In this document: positions 1-11,610 of the stretch, one piece after another
How the letters are laid out: each line of letters starts with the position of its first letter
How positions within the stretch are numbered: the first letter of the stretch is position 1
Origin: Podarcis cretensis
Taxonomy: Eukaryota
Length of the DNA: 64,000 nt
Assembly (NCBI GenBank): GCA_951804945.1
Contig: OX638164.1
Location: forward strand, 29,760,001 to 29,824,000
Direction: 5' to 3'
Position numbers and translations under genes: made by a program
The notes under the pieces: generated by a model
What the model was told of the DNA's origin: nothing
The model's input: only the letters and a program-made list of their open reading frames with translations
The model's database searches: none

Positions 1-2399
1 AGAGTCAAATCCCTCCAGACTCACCAGAGCCTGGCCAGGGCAGGTCCACAACACCCAGAGAAGACACACACACACATTCCTGGATTTCAGAAACTGCTGT
101 GTTGGCAAGCACGTTCCTGGCCATTTTTAAAACAAACCAAGGAAATTGAAGGTTACTAAAAACGGAGTCTTTGGGTGCTCCGTAATAACACTGAGCAACC
201 CTTCCCCTGGCAGGACTGGATGCAAAGACAGCCCTGAATTCAAGCCAGGAGCACCTTCCAGGCAGGTTGCCGTTCCTCTGGGGTGCAGCTGCTGCTTTGT
301 GTTAATCAGGTGCAGTCACATGGCTCCCAAGATCAAATGTGCAAACATCACAATCATCCCACCTCCTTCTTAATGGGATCGCATGTTTAGCTAATCCCAG
401 GAGTCTGAACCACACAACCCTAATATCTGCTCCTTGCCACATGGGGAGCGGGAGAGGGTGTTCAGAAGCATCACCGCCCCCTACTGGAGACACAGAGCAT
501 AGCCACAATGGCTACTAGCCATATTTAGGGCTATCCTCCATGAATTTGCCTAAGACTCTTTTAAAGCCACTTAGGTTGTCGACAATCCCTGCCATGAGTC
601 TGAGTGTTGAGAGAGGAATAAAAACTTTTCTCTCTCCACCTTCTCCATGCATTATTTTATATACTTCTATCGTGTCACCTCTTATCTAAACTAACAAGTT
701 ACAATTACCCACACACACGTAAAGGAGGAAAAGCATGTAAAAGTTGGAGGAACAGAGCATTTTTCTCCAAGGACGGCCACCGTCAAGGTCAGTATGCTGA
801 AATGTTCTCGAACTGGTTTCTGAATGCAGCCATCGCTAATGTCTGATTTGTGTGTCTTTTTATTATTTTGTCTATAGAGTGCAGGAGGGCTTTGGTGGTT
901 GGTAATGGAATATAGGGCATTTTGGAGGAGCTGGCAAAGAAACTCGACGTTATGGATCACGTTACTAGGCAGAATTCTGGAGAAGTGAAAATTGCTGCTC
1001 AATCCCTGCATGTTTCTCCCCCAGGGACAAAACTGGTGCTGCTACACATCCTCAAAAAGGACAACTTGACCAGCCTCACTGAATTTCTCTCCCAACCCCC
1101 ACAGCTCTAGAGGGGAGCTGCCAGGTTTATCTTACAACGCAGCAATGAATCTTGCAGCTCTGTGCGTGTGACACAATATGTCTCCTCTCAAGGAAAGGCC
1201 TGGGGAAGCATTGGTAGCGCTGCCCCCTCACCACTCTTCCTTCAGGCAAAATGAAAAGAGGACTTGTGGGCAAGCTACTTCCCCAGGGGGTCCGCTTAAG
1301 CATCTCCTCCACTGGGCCGCCCAAATGACTTACTGTAAGTTATATGGGCAACACAGACATGTAAAAATTCAGAGTTCCCATCCCACCTTTCCTGAGTCCC
1401 CAAAGACTTCATACCAGTCAGGAGGCAGGAAAGATCACTCTGGGGAGAGGGAGGGAGAGAGGAGAGGAAACCATTCTGTCCTGCCTGAACCCTGGGAAGA
1501 AGCGGAAGTACGTAAAAGCAGGAGCCAGCAAAAGAACAGGTGGCTGTCCTGCAGAGGAGGGAGGGGGGGCAGGCTGTGCCTCTTTGCCATCCCTATACAA
1601 GGCACAGAATGTGGAACACAGCCAAGGAGGGGGAGGAAAGGGGCAGTCGGGAACGTTCCCAGGGCTTTGTGCCCCACCAAGCTCTGGTGTACTGGAGCAC
1701 CAGAACTGCCACATGTCAAATCCCCCCTCCCAAACAATCTGCTCTGTAAATCTCTCTGCTCCCCTCCCTCCTCGGCAGCATCGCTGGGCCTTTGTGCTGG
1801 GATCTCAGAGATAAATCACCCACGGCTGAGCTGCTCCCCATCTGGACTTCTGATCCCGATGGCTGCCTGGGAAAGGCACATATGGACCCTTCTCATTATA
1901 ATGTCTATAGCAGTTCAGCTATGCAGCAATTAATCACGGCCTCTACCTTGCTCACAACAACCGTGTAAGGTAGACCACTGACGTTCCTTTTTAAGGATAA
2001 ACTGTGGCTGAAAACAGTGGCTTGCATGACCTGCTGTTCATCTTCTGGTCCTAACAGGCTCAGTGCCTAACTTCAAGTTTGACCAATGTTATAGGGCTGA
2101 GTGGATCCCCAGCACAGGACCACATAGCCCTGAAGAGCCTTCAGTCAGGATGGCACAGAAAAAGCGACTAAGTTACCAGGAAACCTGATGTTTGGCGCAA
2201 GTCAGCCAGCAGATGCAAACATCCAAACCAGGGAATCGATCCCAGCCATCCAGGGTGCAGGTGGGCTGCAAGCATCATTCCCGCCCGTCCCCGCACCCCG
2301 TGGCAGCCCCCTGCCCTGCCCATTTTTGGCTGACCTTCTGGACCTTGCTCCCTCAATTCTCAGACCCCTCAACAGAAGCCACACTCTGAGCGCAATCTG

Positions 2400-3600
2400 C
2401 TCCTCTTAGCCAGCGCGCCACCCACTGGCCGGTGACATAACTACCCAAGCATGGGGGGGGCATGAAAGAGGGGGGCGGTTGGACTCGTCCAGGGAAGGCC
2501 TGAGGACCACGCGGCCCAGGCAAACCCCCTGGTCGCTTCCAAGACCATGTGATGCGCCCCCCCCCGCCCCTCCCGGCGGGTGCCACGTCTCCTGTGGGCA
2601 GCGGAGGCGGCAAAGAGCGCAAGGGCCGCCAGGCCTGGAGCAGGATCAGAAGCCGTCCCTCGGGGAAAGGGCAGAGGGGAGGCGCGCAAGGCGAACCGGA
2701 TTGCGGGCCCCAGCCTGCCTCGCTTCCCGGGGCCCGCCCCGCTTCTCTACGCCGGTAGCGACAGCGCGTTGCGCCGGGGGAGGGGACCGGCATCTGCGCC
2801 CGGCCAGGTCCAGCCGCCGGCGCCACTTTGGGGACTCCTAAAAATAGCGCCTGCGGCTGGAGCGCCTGTTGCAAGCCCGCCGAGGCCGGGGCGCCCGCCG
2901 CCTTTTCTCCCTCGCAAGGCACCGCGGCGGCGGCGAGGACGCGCCCCCGCCCCCGCCCCCGGCGCACTCACCTGCCCCCGTCGTGCCGCCGCCGCCGCCG
3001 CCGCCGCCTGCTCAGTGCGGCGCGCCCGATCCCGGTCTGGCCGCGCCTTTCGCGGTGCCAAGCCCGGCCCCAGCTGGCGGGGTCTATTCAGGGGGCGGCT
3101 CCTCCCCTGCTTCCGTCGCGCAGCCGGGCAGGGGAGACCGGGGAGGGGGCGCCGCTGAGGCGGACCTGGGGGGGGTCTCGGCAGGAAGAGGGGGCGCAGC
3201 GACGGGACCCCTGGAGGCGGGGGGTGGGTTGCCGCGGAGGCCCTTGCTCTGCAGGGCCGGGGTCGCCACCGGCGCTTCCCCCGGAGCAGTGTCTGGGCGG
3301 CAGAAGGGCTGCGCCCTCGTCTGGCCACGAGGCGGCTGGCCGGGCTTTCCTTCGCGCAGGTCGGTAGGGACAGAGACTGCCCGTCGAGGCTGGGACTCGG
3401 GGGCCGCCCCCACCCGGAGGTCTCGCTATTAGCAGCAGCCCTTTCGCTCGACTCAGCTCCGGCTGTGGGTGGGGGGTGTGGCAGCCATGATACTGGCCTG
3501 CCTTGCAGGGCTGTTGGGAAAAGTGCCCGAGAGAAAACCGGAGCCATGACCAGTTGAGAGCTGCGGAAAGGCGCCGCTCTCACCCGCTTTTATTCCGCCA
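2400..3600. promoter_or_regulatory. Intronic CpG island in PHLDB1, probable alternative promoter
   Basis: Dense CpG, GC boxes, a (GCC)n run at about 2985-3008, a minus-strand donor CAG|GTGAGT at 2972/2971, and a MEF2 consensus CTAAAAATAG at 2838-2847. Confidence 0.7.
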
Positions 3601-4452
3601 ATAAATTCTGTCCTGGTGGGTCCTTAAACTGTTTCAACATCCCTTTGAAAGAAGCGGGCTCTAGTCGAAAAAACAGCGCCAGACACCTCCCCCCCCCCCA
3701 AAAAAAAAAACCCTTTTTGTCTCCCCATTTAGGCTCTACACAATTTTGGACTCTTCTTTGCAGGCGGCTGCCAAATACAAGAGCATTATTTTGAATGTCC
3801 TCTTTTCTTTGGGGGAGGGGAGAAATCACCCCCTGCAGCGTGGACCTTGCCCACCCGCATCTGCACCTACGAATGACACCATGCAAGAGCCAGGCTGCTT
3901 AAATTGTTGCATTTTCACTGTGACTTCCTCCAGATTCAGCTGATCAAGGAGTGTGATTTAATGCATGTCCCCCCCCCAAAAAAAAAATCAGTTTAGTTGC
4001 CTCAAGGGAGATAGCAGTGTGCCTGAACAGCTAGCTCACAAGCTCCCCGAGAGACAGTGTGGGTGCAGTGCACATCAGACACCTATGGGAGAGGCTTGCT
4101 CTTATCGTGCACCTTAAGCTCCCTTTCGGGGCCATTGTGAAGTGAAAATGAGAGTGAGATGCACTGAGCCCTGAAAGAGGGGCAGGAGAAAAGGTTGACA
4201 GACACAGAAAGCAAAGCAGCCACCTCTTCCCTTCACTGGAAGGTGACCACTCTGGGGCATGAAAGGAGGGGGGCAGCAGGCTCCCCCATGGATGCTCACC
4301 TGGTGCCTGCCCCAATGCCAGACCTCTTTTCACTTGCCCTGGCTTTTATACTGCTTGGTCCGTTGAAAACTCAGCTGGCTGCTTGAAACTGCTCTTTGGT
4401 ATGGCCATGTTTTAAAGCTTGGTTTACATAGGTGTGCTTTTTAAGTTTTTCA

Positions 4453-4772
4453 GCGGGTGGCACTATGGGTTAAACCACAGAGCCTAGGACTTGCCGATCA
4501 GAAGGTTGGCGTTGCTCAGTGCCTGCTCCTGCCAACCTAGCAGTTTGAAAGCACGTCAAAGTGCAAGTAGATAAATAGATATCGCTCTGGCGGGAAGGTA
4601 AACAGCGTTTCCGTGTGCTGCTCTGGTTCGCCAGAAGTGGCTTAGTCATGCTGGTCACATGACCCAGAAGCTGTATGCTGGCTCCCTTGGCCAATAAAGC
4701 GAGATGAGCGCCGCAACCCCAGAGTCAGTCATGACTGGACTTATGGTCAGGAGTCCGGTCCCTTTACCTTTT
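4453..4772 (+). mobile_element. Sauria SINE (internally deleted head)
   Basis: Aligns by eye with the copies at 43940 and 58746 (GGGTGGC...TTGCCGATCAGAAGGT...GTGCAAGTAGATAAATAG...ACCTTT tail). Lacks the GTTCGAATCC B-box segment. Confidence 0.9.
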
Positions 4773-6599
4773 TTAAGCCTCTCTGGAAACCTGAAGATGG
4801 TGCCTGATGTCGGTGGTGGCATAAATAAAAAAGAAACTGGGAGAAAAAGAAGGTACCTCAAAAGAAGAACTGGAGAAGCCCAGTGCCTTGGATGGCCTGG
4901 ACAAGCCAGCAGAAACTGAAGCCAAATCACCCCTGAAAAGCAAGAGTCCGCAGGCTAGTAGTAGCACAAGCCACCAGTTGACAAAGGGACAGGAGAGATC
5001 CAAAGGCCAGGTTGTACCCCAGCTATGACTAAAAAGGGCCAGAGTGAAACCCCAAGCCCCCTGCCTTCAAAACTCGGGGTGCATCGCCCCCTGGGAGTTT
5101 CTGCCCCCTGCCAGGATCCCATTTTTGGTCAGGGTGCACCTCAACCTCCTGAGCTGCGATTTGGGATGAGATTTCAAGGGACATGGCAATGATGTGCTTT
5201 GAACTAGGGCAGCCTTGGTGGGATTTACTAGCATGGAAAATATAGGGCAACTGCAGGGTCCTTTGAAGGGTGATGGGCTGCTCCGGCTTCTCGCTGCTGC
5301 TGCCGCCGCCGTCCCTCCCACATGTGAGATCACAGTTTAGCAGCACAATGCGGGGGGAGGAGAGGGGGGAGGCATCTATAAGAGCACATCTGTGTCTGCA
5401 GTCTGCTCTCTCTCTCTAGCCAGGCACAACAGGCTTCGGCCCACGCCTTGCGAAAGCATTTGTGTGTGTGTGTGGCTGGGATTGACTCAGTCATGGAGAG
5501 AAGTAGCTCAGCTATTTTCCTCTCTCTGCCCAGGGGAGTCCTCGGGGCTATTAATTTTTAAAATATTTTTAATGGGATTCTTTTTCCAGGGTCTGGGCGG
5601 GCAGGGGAGTGGGAAAGAGAGTGATTCAGGCAGGAAACATGGAGTCTCTTGGAAAATCTGACACTGTGATCTTTGTATGAAAGGGCTGGCTGCTGCTGCA
5701 CCCGGTGGTGTGTGGAGGAGCTCCCTAGAAAATGTGTGTGTTTAGGGCGGCGGAGGCGGGGGGAGTCCATAAGGAGGTCACTAGTTCCAGATCCCCATTC
5801 TTTGCTCTGCAGAGAGCAACAATTCGCTTAACGGTTTCTTCAGTCCACACCAAAGCACAGACACCGAGCCCATCCCAAAGAGAAAATGACAACAGGGGGA
5901 GGAGGAAATAAGCGACTGAATATTGGAGAAAAGGAATGGCAGTGCTATATCTTGGGGCCGGAACCAGCACATGCTTAATTCCCAGATGTGGGTGCAAAAT
6001 GGGAGCCTGTGTTGATGTAGGCATGTGGTTTTTCAGCCCCCTTTCAGGCAGGTGAGACCTCCTGGGGAGGCACCAAAGCTCTCCACTGTGTTCCAAGGCC
6101 AATGCAAAGAGTGTGTTGGTTTGGTGTTTTTATTAATTATTCTTATTCTTATTCTTATTATTAAATAGCAAAGGCCCCAAGAGCAGGAAACTCTGTGTGC
6201 AATGCTATAATGCATCCTGAACATCAGTTCAAAAATGAAATTGGGGCCATTACATTACTAGGCACAAAGAGTGCATACTGTTTTGTGGTATTTTGGTGGG
6301 CCTAAACATTATTTTTTAATTTTCTTATGGACCAATACGACTATGCTTTACTTTTTATGTGACCTGAACATGTCACTCGATGTGTCAAATAAATACTTTA
6401 AATCTCAAATTAGTCAGCCACGTTAACTTGCAACATCAGGTTAGATCACCATCATCAATAGCTGAAGAAAGCTGTTGCACTCCTGTCTTGCTTTTAGGCT
6501 TCCCACAAACATTTACTTGGTCACTGGGAGGAAGAAGGTGCTTAACTGGCTGTTCTAACCCAACAGGGCTGTTCTTAAAGAGGGAAATGAATCTCCAAG

Positions 6600-6770
6600 G
6601 GCCACAGCTGAACATCTGATTTGCATGCAGAATGTCCCAGCTTCAATCCCCAGTGACATTTCCACATAGGACTGGGAGAGACCCCACCTGAAATCCTGGA
6701 GAGCTTCTTCCTGCCAGGCAGTGTTAAAAAGCCTGAATTAGATTGACTTAAATGGGCAGACTTCTCCATG
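6600..6770 (+). mobile_element. Old SINE-like repeat (second copy near 16290-16410)
   Basis: Both copies share GCATGC/ACATGC...CTGAAATCCTGGA(G/A)AGCT...CTGA(A/G)(T/C)TAGAT. Confidence 0.5.
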
Positions 6771-7199
6771 GAACTGCTGTGGGTGACTAGTACTGGTGAC
6801 AGACATGCTGTCAATTTCCTGACAAGTGTTCTGGGAGATGGAGAATGAAGTCAGGGAGGAAGTGGTGTACTAATGGGCAAATTGAACGAATTTCACTCAA
6901 GTAAGACTGGGCTCATGTATGCTCCGCTCATGACAAAAAGGTCTATAGATACAGTACCCTAAATGATTGATTGCCCTAGAACAGCTGTTCAAGGAACCAA
7001 CCAGAGAGGAGGTGACCCTGGACATAATCCTAAGTAGCACCAAGGAGGACTTGGAGAAAGATGTAAGTAGGCAGTTTCCAAGAAAGTACAGTCACATTTG
7101 ACTTCAAAAGAGGAAACTTCTGCAGAATGAGGCGATGGGTTGAAAAGGAAGTTTGCAAGGGAAAGTCAAAAGTCTCATTGACCTTTGTCAGTAAGCACA

Positions 7200-7850
7200 T
7201 GAAGAAGGGTGTTTTGGCAGAGAGTACATCCTTAGACTTTCAAAAAGCATTTGATCAAAGTCCCTCACCAAATATTCCCAAGTAAGCATATCAGTTATGG
7301 AATAAGATCCTCTTATGGATCAGAAACTGGTTAAGAAACAGGAAGCAAAAGAAAAGGAATAAAATTGCAGTTTTCCTGATAGAGGGGAGCAAGAAATGGG
7401 GTGCCCCAAAAATCTGTATTGGGACCTGTGTTTTTGAACTTGTTTATCAATCACCTGGATTTAGGAGTGAGCAGTCAGATAGCCAGTTTGCTGATAACAG
7501 CAAATCGTTAAGTATTTTTTATCTATCACTTTCCAACATGTATGACTTCAAATAAGTTTCCATATGGCAAGTCATATAGTAAAATAAAATAGGCTGGCAA
7601 GAACAAAAAGGGATTGCAAGGAGCTCCATGAGGATCTTTCCAAGTTGGATGACTGGGCGTTGAAATAGCAAATCCACTTCCATGTAGGCAAGTCTAAAGG
7701 GATGCACTATGGGGCAAAAAGTCCTCAGTTTACTTACACACTAATGGGATCTGAACTGCTAGTGGCTGCCTAGAAAAGCAGTCTTGCAGTCACAGTAGAC
7801 AGTGCAATGAAAACGTCAACCCAGTGTGTGGCACCTGTGAAAAAAGTGCA
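7200..7850 (+). mobile_element. Degenerate CR1 LINE reverse-transcriptase fragment
   Basis: Frameshifted remnants of the RT motifs LDFQKAFD, GVPQxSVLGPV(F)NLFIN and FAD(N) can be read at about 7230-7500. Confidence 0.8.
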
Positions 7851-10263
7851 CAACTGGTGCCTCTCTCTGAACCTGGTATCTGCTTTCTGCTGGCTCTTGT
7901 ACTGTACCCACCCAGCCAGGAATTCTGTGCAAGTTCACTACAGATAACTGGTGAAAGCGTCACTAAAGATCAAGCACCAGGGAATTCTGAAATCCACCTT
8001 CCCATTCCCTAATCCACCTTCCCATTCCCTGTCCCCCAGCTGCATAGCTGCTGTAGGTTGTAGATTGCAGACAGCCCAGTCCTACTGCAAAATTGCCTCC
8101 CAACCAGCTGCCTCCCTCCTGCCATACTGGTCAGTATCTGCACCATTGATCGGGACGTGTCATGCCCTTCTACTCTGGGTGTAATTGCCCAGGTGCACTC
8201 CATCCTACTTTGCCAGGTGGGACCAGCACCTGGACATTCGGAACCACACATCTAGAAGATCTCCCAAGAATCCAGGATGCAGCCTCAGTCCTACCCTTCC
8301 TTTGGCAGTAGAAAGAGTAACATCTAATAGCAGCATCTCAAGCATCTGCAAAACAGTCAAGGGAAGGAAACACTGGCGAGTGGACACATTCAGCAAACCA
8401 CCTTCCACCCACCAGTGATGTTTGGGAGTGGATCCCAAGGGGGCCAGTTTGTTGAGCGAAGGCAAGGTCTGGAAGACCCCAGCTGGGAGAAAGCCTCTGG
8501 TCCTCTCCAGAGTCAGTTATCTACCTATCAAGGTAGCTGCAGAACCACGCAGGCTTTCCCAGTCTGCCTGGAGCCACCAAGTGAGTGTTGCAGAACTGCC
8601 AGTTTCATGGACTCCCAGCAAATGCCAGCTTGGCATCCGCCAAGGAACAGCCCCCTCCTCCCCTGCTGTGTCCCTGGCAGCCCCAGGGACAAGGACAGGC
8701 AGACGAGCAACAGCTTCTCTCTTTCCCCCCCTTCTCTATGTGTGCAGAGAAAGAGTGTAGCAAAGCGCTATCCAGCAGCCGGCCCAAACTTGGGAGGCTA
8801 AAGGCATTCTTTCCCTCTCCGAGCTTGGACTTGTCACTGTTCCTATTTTGTTGAATTTCCCTTTGTTTGTGCCAGCAAGAGCCTGCCTGCCAAGGACAAA
8901 AAGCCACAGAGAAGAGAGATTTGCTGCAGTGCCAGCATCTTGGTGCGGCCCCATCAGTGAGCCTTCCTCAGCAACAGCAGCGCACACTTTTTGGGGGTCT
9001 CAGTGGATGCTCCAGACCCCCCAGGAAGGGGGTTCCCCAAGTCCCCCTTGGGGCACTGCCTGGCCTGGAGCTCACCAGCCGCCCACTTTCCTCAAGTGTC
9101 CTTCTGCACAGACAGTCTCGGCCATTGTTTGGGCCGCCCACGTGCCAGTGCTGCAGCTGTCAGGAAGGACCTTTGATATCTGACAGCAGTCTAATCCTTG
9201 CTAAGGAGGGGCCTTGCCTGACAGCAGCCCCTCCCCACAGCTTCCTCAGGCCAGGCCAAAGGCAGAACTCGGCAAATCATCGGGCAGAGCGGAGCCAAAA
9301 TTCATTTGCAGATTATGAAAAACCACACCGGCAGCAGATTCACCGCTGTCCTCCCTAGTTGTAGGCCCCAAGCGACTCAGCCTTGCCTCAGAAACAAGTA
9401 CCAGACACAGGCAAACTGAAAGAGTGCCTGACCAGCAGCCACCTATGGCATAGCTGTCAACTTTTCCCATTTTTAAAGGGAAATTCCCTTATTCCGAATA
9501 GGATTCCTCGCAAGAAAAGGGAAAAGTTGACAGCTATGACTATGCTGGAGTCAGGCCTGGCTGTCCACAGGCCAAGGACCCACCTAGGCCGCAGCAGGCG
9601 TTGCATGGCTAAGCTAAACTCTAATAAGGTAAAAGCAAAATGAGCTCTGCAGCCCCCACCAGAAATCAGGATGCTACCCCCACCCTTCTTCTCCCTTCCC
9701 CCAAGGTTGATCCTCGAAAGAATGTGGGCACATATTTTATCTTCTGTAAACCACTTGAGAATTATTGTTTTGATTTTTTTTTTTACATTCGAGCAGTGTA
9801 TAAATCTTAAGAAAATGAACAAAATGTTTGGTTTCCTGGATCCTCCAATAACCCTTTGGACCTGCAGGACATCCTATGGGTCTGCAGGTCCCTGTCCCAC
9901 ACCTCCAGGCACCTCCTGCATCCAAGGAGCCGCTGCCTCTGCTCATCAGCTGCCATGACCCCTACCTGGGGGAAGAGAACAAAACCACATCCCACTGCAT
10001 CCCTCCCAAGGGAGTTTCAGGGGTCCCACCTACTGGCTTCATTTTGGGACAAGGCAAAAACATTTGTTGCTTTCCCAGGCCTTTGGAAATGTAATCGGCT
10101 TCCTTGCCAACAAAGCTCCTCTGTATATGTGGTTGACAGAGGTTGTTAGAGTCATTTTTTTTTATTGTCGGGCTACAGTGCTAAGTAGCTGTTTGCTCCC
10201 ACCCGTAGAAAGGGAGGGATATATTAGTAACAAGGAAAACCACCAACCCATCAGCCTCCTTAC

Positions 10264-11610
10264 CTTGAGAAAGGCGTGTGGGGCGTGTGACTGCCAAGCC
10301 ATCTATGGCACACGGGTTGCCACAGGGGTGCAGTGTGAGAGTCCCGTGCGTGTTCTCGATGAAGCAGTGCTTGGGTGCCACACCAGCCCCCTGCAGCACA
10401 ATGTCTCCGGCAGCTGAGCCCAGCATGGTTTTGCCTGCAAGGAGACACAGGCAGATGCTCAGCAGGGCAGGATGTGGGGCAGCCATTGCCCCCCCCCAGC
10501 GGCTCTTCTGCCTGGCTAGTTCCCAGCAGGAGAAGCAGGTGCCCCCTCTCACCTACAGAGCTTGACAGCCAGGGGCCTGAGAGTAGCCAAGGCTGCCCAA
10601 AAGAGATTCCTAAACTGGATGTGCCAGTGCATCAAGGTTGGAGAGATTCTGTTGTGCCACCTTTCCTGGCTGATGCCCTGATATTGTCCTCCACATGGGA
10701 AGGGGCTTCCCAACCAGCCCTGCAGGTACTTACCTTCTTCCAGAGGCAGGAGAGTGATGGCAGTGCTGAGACGCCCGCTGCCCAGGCTCACGAGATGTGG
10801 CTTTTCAGTCTGCACTTTCAGGCCTTTGCCTGTCTCGGTCAGGTCTAGAAGACTGTTCTGCAAGGTGGAGAATAGCTTTAACTGGCTGCAGCTCCTCTGG
10901 AGCCTCCATCTTCACCCACCACCACGAGATGTGGGTCTAAGGGAATGGGGTGGATGGCCAAGGCATGGGGCTGGCTGAGATTCGGGAGAAGGTGGGAGAG
11001 GAAGGAAGAGAACTGCTCCAGTTGCAGGCAGTATCCAGGGTCTGTAGCTCACTCTAATAGGATCAGAGAACAAGCCAATTAACCCTAAGGGATTTAGGGC
11101 CAATCCTCCTAATTGGACAATAAGAGGAGCAGGGAGCAGCCCTGCTCTGTTGAAGCCCAGAAGGCTGATGAGCCAAGGAGAGGAGGAGGCCATTGGTACT
11201 GCAGTGGGGGAGCATCTCCTGGTCATTTGGGGCTGATGTACATAAAGGTTGCAGCCCCTGTGCCTGCTTCAGGGTGGTACCCCTTGTGGGGAGAGATCCT
11301 AATAAAACCAACAATAGCACAGCACTTAGTTACAACACAGAACTAGGGAAAGTCTTCAACCGTTGCCAAAAGATAACAAAGTTGACTCCAGGCCAACTCC
11401 ATAAATAAGGGGCCAGCACCGGAAAGGCCCTGTATTGCCCTCCCTAGGCTCACTCTCTGGCCTGAGGGTGAGAACCCCGCTTTGTTTGCAAGTATTTCCA
11501 TTCACAATATCCCAAGTTGTTGTTTTTTTCCATTCACAACATCAGCTCACCTGAAGACGTGCCTGCACTCGACCAGCTGGGCTGGCCACATTGCGGTTAC
11601 AGGTCTCCAT
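10264..11610 (-). CDS. PHLDB1: Pleckstrin homology-like domain family B member 1 (LL5-alpha), first three coding exons; gene continues beyond the left edge of the window
   Basis: Coding exons (minus): 11610-11551 (METCNRNVASPAGRVQARLQ, 60 nt, gccATGG), 10857-10734 (NSLLDLTETGKGLKVQTEKPHLVSLGSGRLSTAITLLPLEE, 124 nt), 10434-10264 (GKTMLGSAAGDIVLQG...HCFIENTHGTLTLHPCGNPCAIDG...RLSQG, FHA domain, 171 nt). All introns GT-AG and frames join. The next known exon (GCMxCLGQSTFLRFNHP) was not found in 1-10263. Confidence 0.96.

Noticed and set aside
1178-1933. 251-aa plus-strand ORF
   Set aside because: Antisense within a PHLDB1 intron, no homology recognisable to me, composition typical of random GC-rich sequence.
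2353-3583. Many overlapping 100-280 aa ORFs on both strands
   Set aside because: Stop-poor CpG-island sequence giving Arg/Pro/Gly/Ala-rich products with no recognisable domain.
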